From the NCBI RefSeq assembly GCF_025526975.1, contig NW_026515676.1, positions 62,001 to 126,000 of the forward strand: a stretch of DNA of 64,000 bases, read 5' to 3'. Made by a program: the position numbers and the translations under genes. The DNA is from Fimicolochytrium jonesii (taxonomy: Eukaryota). The notes beneath the pieces are model-generated. The model saw nothing but the letters and a program-made list of their open reading frames with translations. It did no database searches and had not been told where the DNA came from. This document shows positions 49,403 to 61,441 of this stretch, piece after piece (the first letter of the stretch is position 1; every line of letters begins with the position of its first letter).

Positions 49403-50589
49403 CTATTGGGATTTGCGGAACTCTGAAGGCGCCAAGTTGCCGTTAGTGGCGAATCCTGGACATATGCGAGCCATCGAGTTCAGGCACTTACGTTCCAAGA
49501 CGGGATAGATGCTTTCGAATGCCTCGTAAATCTCGTTACGAAGCTAGGGATGTAAATAAAGAAAATCAGCACCTCGTTTGACAGAGATGATGACAGTGAC
49601 GACTTAAGCATACCTTTGCACCCGTGAGCACGATCTTTCCCGAGACGAAGATCAGTAGCACGATTTTCGGTTTCGCCATACGATAAATCAAGCCCGGGAA
49701 CAACTCAGGTTCGTACTGTGTAGATGGCAAGAGTAACGAGCAATGAGAACAAGGTCTTACGCAACGAGAACGCGATGCCACGACTTACACTGCAGAACGC
49801 TGAGTGAGCCATCGCTAATCCTTCCAGCCTGATGGGGAACTTGACATCGGTCGAACCAACGATGTTTTGTATTTTAAATTCAGCGAATTTCGCAGGGAAT
49901 CCTAACTTCTGGATGATGCGGGCGTATTTCCGGGCGGCCAGCCGAGATTGTTCTTCAGACTTGGCACCCGTGACGACCATTTTGCCAGAGGCGAAGATCA
50001 ACGCAGTTGTTTTCGGTTCGCGAATACGCATAATGACGGCAGCGAAACGCTAGGATATCGGAAGATACCACAAACGAAGAAGTTGCGCAATAGAGATCAG
50101 GACGTGAACGTGATTGAGGAGGCAAAGATTAGCTCAAGTTCCCGAGTGCCACATGGTAGACTAAAGTAGCCTTTGTGATCACCTTAGGGTTGTACTCGGC
50201 ATTTCTAGCGTGCATCGCGATGGTCTTCAAATCCAAACGGCAGTCCAGATTGACGGTCGCAACGATGTTTCTTTTTTGGGCAAGGAAGCAATTGAGAAAC
50301 TCATTTTTGCGAAAATACACCAACCGTGCGGAAGAATCCCGCAGTCCCGCAAGTCCCGCGCCAACGCAATAGGTACCAAGCCCTAGGCTTTTCAGAAAAC
50401 GAAGCCAACGCCAGCAGGGACCAAGAGATCTACCCCACCAAGCTCCGACAATCTACCATATAGACCGATTGATCATATCGGTCCAAGTGGTACTTACTGA
50501 AGCATAGGCTTGATGCCCGAACCAGAAGGTCCGGCATCCTGCTCAGGCGACGCTTCCTGCTCAGCCCTGTCGACAACAGCTGTAGACAT
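49403..50589 (-). CDS. TBP: TATA-binding protein
   Basis: [66 protein letters not shown]...[13 protein letters not shown]...IYPVL. Confidence 0.97.
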
Positions 50590-51449
50590 GACTTGAAGTC
50601 CGGAAGTGTTTCGTTTAGGAAAACCGCCGGTCAATGCGCTGGTACGAGGGCAGCAATGCGCTCTTATCGGATGCACCAGCAAACGAAGCGTCGCCAGGGA
50701 GCGTTCCTTTGCCGCAAAGCTTTTTCGCAATCCTTCTTTAATGTCTGTCCTCACACCACGAAACGACTGTGAAGCCGCCTAGAGAAGTCCGCTGGGAATC
50801 AAATCACTCTGCCCAAAGCCGATGATTCCAGTAGTAGCCCAAGTGTCCGAACACGACTCTCGCAGGGGGTTCAGAGCGAGACCCCAGGGTATAGCTGATG
50901 GGTAGTTGATGGATATTTACAGATAACTGACCCCAAAAGTGAGAGTGGAGAATCTATACCGGAAAATGGTAAAGTTATCCCCTTCTCTTGGCGCTCGATT
51001 CGGGCGGGGGCGGCGTTCGAAGGTTCTCCCTTATATAGCAAAATTTTGTTTGCAACTTTAGAACACGGTTTCGGATTTGGCTCAGCAGGGAAAGTGAGAG
51101 GCGGGCGCAGGGCAGGAGCGCGGCCCATTTGATATGCGCTCGTCACCTCCGGGGGGGCGGTGACTTTAGCATCCCGCGCTTTTCCGTTGGTCCCCATCTC
51201 TTCCATGTGATGACTGCGATGATGCGGGCCTCTTTTCGGACACGGTCACCGGCCGTCACCACCCAGGTCACCACCCAACGACCCTGAAATCTTCCGGTAA
51301 GTTGACGTTTCGACAGAAGCTATTTCTACATCGCATTGCAACTGTTGGGACGAAAGCCGAAAGGTTCAGACACCGTTTGGTTCGCTGCTCCTGTGATTTC
51401 CGGCGACGACAGACGACTTCTTGGGTGGACTTCAACAACTGTGTCGGCG

Positions 51450-53690
51450 ATGGTAGGGTACAACGAGAAGGATGTCGTAGAGTTGGGTGTCATAGGAATG
51501 GGTGGGTGCACAATAGTTCGTTGTGTGATCCTGCCGCGAAAAAGCACTCACGGGACAGTTATGGTCTATAGGTGATATGGGCCGTGTTTATGCGAAAGCA
51601 TTCGCAAGGGCGGGCTGGAAGCGGTATTTGCAGGAGACTTGGTGTGGGAGTGCCTGGGACAAGAGGAAATGACGGTCCGCTCCCTAGGGTGAATGTTTGC
51701 GACATCCCCACCAAATACCAGGCATTGAAAGACGAGCTGCAAGGTTTGGCGCTCCCATCTTGGTTTTATTTGAGCGATTGCAATAAGAAGCTGGATTCCA
51801 TCGCAGGCACCGGCATCAACGTTCTTCCTGACGGATTTGCCGTCGCACGTCGAAGTGACTACATCATGTATTGTGTGGAAGCGGCTAACGTGGACAAGGT
51901 GGTGGCGGCCTATGCACCAGGTATCAAACATCTGAAAGACACATTTTCGCGAAACGCATACTCATCATACTCCCACGATCGCTTTTAGCAACGAAGATAG
52001 GCGCCGTTGTGTGCGGACAGGTTCGTTCAGACATTCGATCCAAATCCGAGGCAGGGTTCGGAAAACTAAACCACGCTTTGACGTTAAACCTTGCAGACAT
52101 CCGTGAAAGACCCTGAGATCCGGGCATTCGAGAAGCACGTCCCGCAGGATGTCCACATCGTAACATGCCACTCTCTCCATGGCCCTGGTGTCAATCCGGC
52201 GGGACAACCGCTGGTTGTCATGCGGCACCGATCCAACGACGAGGCCTTTCGGCTTACGGTTCGGATACTGGAAGCTTTGAACTCCAAGATCGTATATTTG
52301 TCTTACCAGGAGCATGGTAGTTTCAGTCGTTTGAACTTGAGGGTTTCTAGGTGCATTGCTGAGCGAATTGGGTCCGGCAATCTCAGATCGTATCACTGCC
52401 GATACTCAAGTAGCGACGCATTTAGCGTTTCTCAGGTGAGCTTGAAGCACTGGTCGGATGGACCCTATGTCACTAGCTTCTATCGGCGCACATTGGCGTA
52501 ACGATATGGCGATGCATAGTCACCTATTTGAACGCACGTCCTATTGTTGGCAGTATGGGAACAGCTTGGAAAGCAGCGGCCGTATATCCTGTAATGTAAC
52601 ACTTCCTTTTGTATGTAAATCTTTTCCGACAATCTGACTCATTCTTGACATATATGATGCTCTAGTGGGAGAACCCATCTTATGTTGGCGGCCTGGAGAA
52701 CGTCAAAACCCTCATGATGCTGCGGATTTACAGTAATAAATGGCATGTTTATGCAGGTACACATCTTCGTAATATTGGGCAATGATTGTCTGTGGGACGC
52801 TCATTATCCCGTTGATTAACCCCTTCTCACAGGTCTGGCGCTTCTCAACCCCAGCGCAAAAGCGCAAGTCCGCCAGTACGCACAATCGGTCTCTGAACTT
52901 TTCAAGATGATGATCCAAGAAGACGACCAAGCGTTTAGGAATCGCATTGCTGCTGTAAGTATGCATTCAAGGCCCTGGAGACCGTTCGACCCCTCATCGC
53001 TTCTCCTTTGACCCTCACAGGCATCCGAGTTTGTGTTTGGCAAATCTGCGACGACTACCACGAAGGGCCAAAGCAGCATGCTATTGTCTGACGATGTCAT
53101 GGATAAGTTTGCGCTCTCCGCCATCCCGAGACATGATTGGAAGCCGAATTCGCACCTCTCACTGCTTGCGGTGGTCGATTGTTGGTGGAAACTCGGTATA
53201 AAGTAAGCCGCAATCGAGCATCGCTCAGCTGCACATATTGATGTTGCATATCCAACCAACCCGCCTTCAACTTCCCCCAGTCCATACGCCCACCTCATAT
53301 GCCAAACCCCGCCTTTCCGCATGCTCCTAGGCAGCACCGAGTACCTCTTCCGCACGCCTCTGCTACTAGAAGACAGCATCGTCGCGGCCCTCCGCGAGAA
53401 ATCGATTAGAGCGGATGATTGCGAGTTCTATACGGCGACGAGAGGGTGGGTCGAGTGCATTGAGCAGGGGGATTTCGAGGGATATCGGGCACGGTTCGAG
53501 GGGACGAAGGAGTTCTTTAGGGAGAGATTAGATGAGGGGGCTAAGGTGAGTCGCTTAAGGCGGGACCTGGAGACCGTAGTTCAAAACTCATTTTGATGTG
53601 ATTTGGCAGGCCTCAGCAGAACTCATCGAAACGATTGCGAAGCGGACCGCCGCTTCAAATTCGACGGCAAATGTTCATTCAAAATTATGA
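51450..53690 (+). CDS. TYR1: Prephenate dehydrogenase, many exons
   Basis: GVIGMG-DMG, SDYIMYCVEA, GQ-TSVKDPE, CHSLHGP, HD-RITADTQ, YVGGLENVK, PNSHLSLLA and CQTPPFR. Confidence 0.93.
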
Positions 53691-53802
53691 CCGGCTTCAA
53701 ATGCCTGTGACGCATTATATGTACACTAGAAGTCACAATATCAAAAATCGCATCTCATCAAGCTGAGCGCATGTCGCGATCTGAGCTCCTGGCCTGGATG
53801 CT

Positions 53803-55377
53803 CTAATCGAAGGGTAACGGCCGTGGTCTAGCTGGCTGTGAAGGACCATCCTCCGCTCCACCCGCCGCCCTAGCCGCAATAGCACTCGGGATCCTAATCC
53901 CACAACATTGCGGAAATTCCTGGCCAAACGCATGGATATGGCCGTCCCCACACGGGTCATCATCATCCATCATGCTCTTCCCACCCACGGAGTGTCCGTG
54001 CCCATCCTCATGGCCCTCATGTGAATGCAGTTGCGCGCTTCCCTCGAAAGCCACCAGGGATCCGAACAGGAAATGCTGCATGATGGGCAACTTGTGCAGT
54101 ACCTCCGCATCGTACATTTTCATCATTCCCGACGCGATTTTGGACCATTGCTTGACCCCGCTGATGTCGTCCAGCATGGGGGAGTGCCAACGCAGTGAGG
54201 CTGTCTTTACTGAGTTGATGAATTTAATGCAGGCCAGGTACATGTAGTCTTTGGAGAATTCTTCGACGATGTCAGGGTCGTGGATGGCTTTCGGGCGGAT
54301 ATGCTTGTGGTCTAGTGTAGCCAATGTCAGAGCGGTTCGTTGTTTCGGGAGGTGAAATTGCAGCAGGAGTCTCACCTGAGAGTTGAGAAGCGCCAAACAA
54401 AAAGGGCAAAAAATGGTAGTCATCAAGACCCCAAACACCATGTGATCCTGCTGGTTCCAGCCAGTAGGCGAACTGTAGACTCCGCATGACGCCAATGTAC
54501 CTATGGAACTGGTTCAGCTCGGGTGTTGCAATGTCGATAGCGCTGGGAAATCTCGCACCTCCAAAACACCGACAGTACTAATGCAGGATAATCTTGCTCG
54601 GTGACGAAGCCCAGCTTCTTCAAACATAATCTGCAACAACCCAGGTAAGTTTCACATATGGTCTGCACTTGTTTCGGACGCTCAAAGATACTTACAATAA
54701 GGCGATGAAATGAGCCTCGTGTCCTGTCCCATAATCGATGCGCTTCCGGTTTCCGAAACTGTTGAGGAGGTACGTTGCCAGTTCTGGCGCTGCTGGTGCT
54801 GGCACAATCTCTTCAAGCAGTGACTCCGCGTGCTAAAGGACGGCAACTGTAAGCGCCCTGCTCATCTGAAAATCTGGCAGCAAAGGCAGTGCAAACACAC
54901 CGTTGACAGACGGTCATACCACGTCTTGAAAGCAGGATTTCCGAAACGGGACTTTGCATTCTCCGCAGGCGGGATCTCTTTCACCCACTCATCCAGGCGA
55001 TCCAGTATCGATATAAGCTTCTTCACGGTCTACTCTTGCACAATGTCGTCCATCGTGAGATCACATGTCGCGCCCGGAACGAACAACGCCTACTCTCCCA
55101 AATCTCGAGTTCCAGAACCCACCTCGCTCTTTGGCACCTCAGTCCTCAGCGTGTTGCCTCGTACAGAGGCGCTCAGACTCTCAATAAATCCGAGGATTTC
55201 TTTATGGGTATCGCTGGTTTGGAATTTTTCGAGGTCCTCTGAAGTGAGAATGGACCGCGTGGGGACTTGGAATTCTGCCGGCGCCTGCGCATTGGCGGCA
55301 CTTGGCTGATGCTGCCCATCCTCTGCGGGAGCAACCATGGTTCCTGTTGCAGGGGTGTGTTCGACAGTGGCTGCCAT
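53803..55377 (-). CDS. RRD2: PP2A activator PTPA (Rrd2/Ypa2-like)
   Basis: [64 protein letters not shown] and [15 protein letters not shown]. Confidence 0.92.
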
Positions 55378-55803
55378 TTTCACTTCTATTCTCCGTTTGA
55401 GATCACAGGATGAGTTCAAGTCTGAGCTAGCGAGACTTTGGCTTTTCAAAGTCGAATGAATGTGCACATCGGCAGAGTCAAGCATTCCGTGTTCTCCAGT
55501 TGCGAGATTGCGTCATAGTTCGCGCAGTCGGGTCAGCTGACATAAGCATACGACAGCGTGCCATTCATTCGATTCACACTGGGAGCTCGTTATATTTGCT
55601 CAGCCGGTGGCTCGGCCGCCTTCCACATTCGGTATTGGCGAGACTCCGTGCACTCTCCTCACGGCGCCTTTCTTCCTCCTTCTTTCACCGTCGCCTCACT
55701 CCGATATCCAAAATCCGCCGGGAACGAAGAACAAGCCGGGCCGGTATTCGCGATCTTCCATGCTTTAAAACGCGCCCCTACTATACGGTCTACGAGTATT
55801 GTA

Positions 55804-55927
55804 CAGTCATCTCGCAAAAGGCTGTGCCCCCGTGAAATAAATCAGCGACTGCCGCGACGCCAAATTCACGTGAGTGACCAATGTTGATTTCAATCAGAGG
55901 GGGGCACGGCTTTTTGCGAGGTGATTG
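55804..55927. mobile_element. 124-bp MITE, Tc1/mariner-type (TA target site, terminal inverted repeats of about 28 bp)
   Basis: TA|CAGTCATCTCGCAAAAGGCTGTGCCCCC ... GGGGGCACGGCTTTTTGCGAGGTGATTG|TA, with four mismatches between the arms. Confidence 0.72.
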
Positions 55928-56354
55928 TACACCGCAGAGAGTCTAGACCCTTCCATTGGGCTTTCTACACATTCACTCTCCGATTTTACGCCTATATCGT
56001 CTCCATCAGGTGATTTTCACTTACCACCCCTAGACCCGTTTAGCAGAGCCACTGCCAAGTCGATTCATGCTCACACTTGGGCACACCTGGCTCCTATACC
56101 AGGCTCCCGCTGTCGACCACCTTGACATATCTGGAAACCGGTTTTCTCAACTCGAGCCTCGGAGCCACAGAACCATACGCCTGAACGACGTTTTGCTCTT
56201 TCATCTCGCATTCGTCTGCGTATACCTTGTTGGCCCCGGTTTTTGCTGATCATTGTAAACAACTGGCGATTTTCCAATCGTAAACACTGCCGATCTTCGA
56301 AGCCTCGTTTCCAAGTCGACGCCTGCGCGTGATATTCGAAGAAGCATTACCAGT

Positions 56355-58301
56355 ATGGCTGAAAGCGACCTCTTTTATCAACAAATGAATAACCCCACAT
56401 GGCCACCCTCGTCCGACAACTACGAGTTGCCGCCGTCTCCACGCGGCCGACCGAATGCATCCGACCATGTCGCAAACTCATACTCGCAAGTGGGCTGCTC
56501 GGGCCCACCGCATGTCGGCGGGTATGCATACCCGCCAGGTCAACCAATGCCTCTCCAGATGTACGGATACATGGACCCACATGCGACCGCTAGTCAGTAT
56601 GGAACCCCGTTCATGCACGCTTGTGAAGGCAGATCGCTGGTTCATGCCGACCCTTTCGGGTTGATGGATCTTTCGTCGGCGTCAGCTACGACTGGCGACA
56701 ATGAAGCTGATCCGCATCCGGCCCAAACACGTCCTCAACATTTGACGGCCAATACCGTCTGGAACTCCGGTGCATATGAATATCGTCAGTACCTTGCTCT
56801 CGGCAATTGGCAACCATCGCGGGACAGGGAAATATCTGACATTTCATTTCACGAAGCCCAGCCCATAGGAATCGACCCGTTGCATCGGGCATATACCAAC
56901 GGTAATCCTGGTTACAATTATCAGACATCTGCTGGCCCCCAAAATGGCCCGTCCGATATATTGAGTAGCCACCATGCCATCGATCCGACGAGAGGGCTGG
57001 CTCAAAATACAATTTTGGCCCCTCCAACACGAAACACGAAAGCAACTGCGGCAAATCCCTCGATGTATTCTCCGGGAGCGCCTGGCAAGCTTAGGAAGCT
57101 GCGGCTACGGACGTCCGATTCAGACCTGAGCAGTCTCTCAACGCGGGTGGGTTCTACGGGCGATGAAGGTGGGGACGAGCGCGACCACTGGGGCGAAAGC
57201 AAGTCCGCAGGGAAGAATGCCGCTGCGACAACGACCAAAGATGCGAAACGGCCGGCAAACTCGTGGATACTCTACCGTCAAGAAAAGCATCCTATCGTGC
57301 TGAAGCAGCACGCAGGCATCACGAACAACAATATCAGCAAGATCGTTGCCGAGTGGTGGAAAAATGAGCCTGAGGAGATCAAGCGGATATATAAGTCGCG
57401 GGCGGAAGAGGAGCGCCGTCGACATCGCCTGCTCCATCCGGACTACAAGTATGCCCCTCGCAAAAACAAACAGCGTCGCAGTCGCGTCAAAAAAGAAAAG
57501 CTGGATCGGGGGAAGAGCAGCACGGCGGGCGGGGCGAACAGAGCCAAGCAGGCGCCTATGTCAGACGACAGCGACGCCGCGCTCAACTCCCTCAAGCCTA
57601 AGTTACCGACTTTGCCTGTCGCCCTCCCTATTTCGGCTGAGCCGTGGTCCCCAGGCAAAGATCCTGGGGCATTTTCCTTTGACCCACACCATTTCGACAC
57701 TCGCCAACTTTTGATGGCTGCAGGGTCGTCTTCGGCAACGTTGGTACCTTGGGACGACAATGACCCCGGCCTCCACAGCGTCTACGCACCAGGCCACAAT
57801 CCATCGAGCGCTGGACCATTTGACCACTACTCTTCCGCGCTCGCGGACGACCTGTCCGTGTATCTACCCTCTCACCTGTACCCGGTTCACCCAGCACACT
57901 CTCCCTTCCCTGTTCATAACATTCCGCACATCCGTCCGTCAGTGGTGCCTTCGCAAATGCCTACACTGAGCGCGGCACCCCCCTTCCCGCCGCTACTCGA
58001 CCCCACAACGCCAAACGTCGTCTCGGACTTTGTCAGCGCTCCGACGCAACATGTCTTTTCTGGATCAGCGGGCCCGCCGTCAGAGCAACAGTTCAATGGT
58101 CTCGCTGACAACAAGGAAGACAGCCCATTCCGCGGCTCAGATTTTCCGTTCACGTCGTTGGGAATGACGCTCCCGGGTGACGAGAAGCCGAATGCCTTCG
58201 GAACCGACGCCGATGCTGTGCTGGCTTCCGACGATTTTGTATCTGTTGTTGATTTGTTTCTCTCTGACGGTCCTCAAGATTTGCAAGTCCAACTTCCATG
58301 A
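56355..58301 (+). CDS. Sequence-specific HMG-box transcription factor (MATA_HMG/SOX-like), intronless
   Basis: KRPANSWILYRQEKHPIVLKQHAGITNNNISKIVAEWWKNEPEEIKRIYKSRAEEERRRHRLLHPDYKYAPRK within a 648-aa ORF. Confidence 0.9.
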   Translation: MAESDLFYQQMNNPTWPPSSDNYELPPSPRGRPNASDHVANSYSQVGCSGPPHVGGYAYPPGQPMPLQMYGYMDPHATASQYGTPFMHACEGRSLVHADPFGLMDLSSASATTGDNEADPHPAQTRPQHLTANTVWNSGAYEYRQYLALGNWQPSRDREISDISFHEAQPIGIDPLHRAYTNGNPGYNYQTSAGPQNGPSDILSSHHAIDPTRGLAQNTILAPPTRNTKATAANPSMYSPGAPGKLRKLRLRTSDSDLSSLSTRVGSTGDEGGDERDHWGESKSAGKNAAATTTKDAKRPANSWILYRQEKHPIVLKQHAGITNNNISKIVAEWWKNEPEEIKRIYKSRAEEERRRHRLLHPDYKYAPRKNKQRRSRVKKEKLDRGKSSTAGGANRAKQAPMSDDSDAALNSLKPKLPTLPVALPISAEPWSPGKDPGAFSFDPHHFDTRQLLMAAGSSSATLVPWDDNDPGLHSVYAPGHNPSSAGPFDHYSSALADDLSVYLPSHLYPVHPAHSPFPVHNIPHIRPSVVPSQMPTLSAAPPFPPLLDPTTPNVVSDFVSAPTQHVFSGSAGPPSEQQFNGLADNKEDSPFRGSDFPFTSLGMTLPGDEKPNAFGTDADAVLASDDFVSVVDLFLSDGPQDLQVQLP

Positions 58302-58742
58302 CCTGGACAACCTCAACACTGTTTCATTTCCTTGAACTTGATTTGAGTGTCAGAGATCCTCGATCCTCTTGTTAAGCAGTTTAGCTGCCTTATTTTGTTT
58401 ATCCTGTCAATATACCCACCCCCATTGGTCTTCGGAAGAGCTGTCGAGAGCCGCCACCATTTTTGTGGACGGAACGCGTCAGGCCTAGTACTGTACAGTA
58501 GTGGGACGTCCATCGATCAACAACACAAACCTTCGCCCCGAATCCCGATCCAATTTGGATGCCATAATCCAATTGGGAACGCCATTTCCGCCCGTCGTCC
58601 ACAACACAAAAACCCTCATGTCCCCATGTCCTACAGTGCATCGGTCCCACATTACGCCGTATATAAGTAGCGGCAACCCACCTCCCATCGCCTAAAGCCG
58701 TTCAGTGAGACCTCGAAGCGTGTTACAGCATACTGCGAACAA

Positions 58743-60078
<1,336 letters not shown>

Positions 60079-60391
60079 AAATCCCCCACCGATTCGTATC
60101 GTCCCTGCATAGCATAGAATCTAGGGACATGTAGTACCATAGCAGCTCTCTGACACTTCAATTTCGTATTCATTCATTCATCCCCGAACCGCCCTTCGAA
60201 CGCATATGCCCCTTGCCAAAGGAGAACTCCCAACCAACGAGATACAGCACGATTATATGTTACAATTCGGACGATGTCTAGCGGGACTGGTCAAGGAAGA
60301 ACTAGCTCCCTAATGCGACCAAAGCGGATTTGCTGAAGGCTTCTAGCGACTAAGCGACTAGTAGAGGCTGCATCCTACATCGCTTAAGATA

Positions 60392-60940
60392 TTACTTTGC
60401 CCCGCCCGAAACGACATTGACCAACCAATCCAGCGCATCCGTCAATCCCTCCCCTGTCTTTGCACTACATTTGTATATCGTCCACGTCCTGTTTCTCAGA
60501 CTTGTCAACCCCAGCGCCTCGCTAACCTCCGTATGCGACATAGCCCCCTCCATATCCTGCTTGTTTGCCAACACTAGTAGCGCGGCATCCTTCAACTCCT
60601 CCTCCTCCAGCATGGCCACCAGCTCCTCTTTACTCGTCCCCACCCGCTCTCTATCTTGCGAGTCGACGACGTAGATGATTGCGTCTGTGTTTGCGTAGTA
60701 GCATCGCCAGTAGGGCCGGATGGAGGTTTGCCCGCCGAGATCCCAGACTTGGAACTTAATGTTTTTGTAGGTGACTGTTTCGACGTTGAAGCCGACGGTG
60801 GGTATCGTGGTGACGACCTCGCCGATTTGGAAGCGGTAGAGGATGGTCGTTTTGCCGGCGCCGTCGAGTCCCAGGATGAGGATGCGAACTTCTTTGGAGC
60901 CCCAGAGGCGGGAGAACATGCGGGAGAAGAGTTGGCCCAT
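60392..60940 (-). CDS. ARL1: ARF-like GTPase Arl1, intronless
   Basis: Gly2 myristoylation site, [25 protein letters not shown] and NKQD. Confidence 0.96.
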   Translation of the reverse strand: MGQLFSRMFSRLWGSKEVRILILGLDGAGKTTILYRFQIGEVVTTIPTVGFNVETVTYKNIKFQVWDLGGQTSIRPYWRCYYANTDAIIYVVDSQDRERVGTSKEELVAMLEEEELKDAALLVLANKQDMEGAMSHTEVSEALGLTSLRNRTWTIYKCSAKTGEGLTDALDWLVNVVSGGAK

Positions 60941-61441
60941 GCTTATTTGGTAGGGTTTTTGCGTAATTCGGGTGTTTGAGTGAAGGGTTGTGGGAAAATG
61001 GATGTCTTTGACGGGATCGGTGTTCGTCGTCGTCGATGGGAGGCTTTATGTTTCGAAAAAGCCAGCCACTAAACAGTTCTGGACAGAAAGCGTGAGTTGT
61101 CGATGGCTATGGAAACCTAGTGAAGCTCCTTTCCCTGAGAACTGGTTGACTGACGTCTCAGGAGACACTCACCGTGGTCGTAGAGGCTGCACGATGAACG
61201 GTTGGTTGGTTGGTTTTGAGCAAGAGCAGGCCGTTCTGAGAGGACGGAGGGTGACGGTCAATTGGTAATCAACGGGCTCGTATGATACTTATCCGCGGGC
61301 GTGTGACTTATCTGCTTCGCAACAACGTAGGCGCATATATATACGTAGCATCAACTTGGACAAGCGCGACGTTTACGCCGTTTGTGGAAAAGGGGTGCAT
61401 AACTGCGCCGGATACTCCACGTTTCTTCGATCATCGTAGCT

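Noticed and set aside
50271..50496. Longer first TBP intron as a snoRNA host
   Set aside because: No convincing paired C/D or H/ACA boxes were seen by eye.
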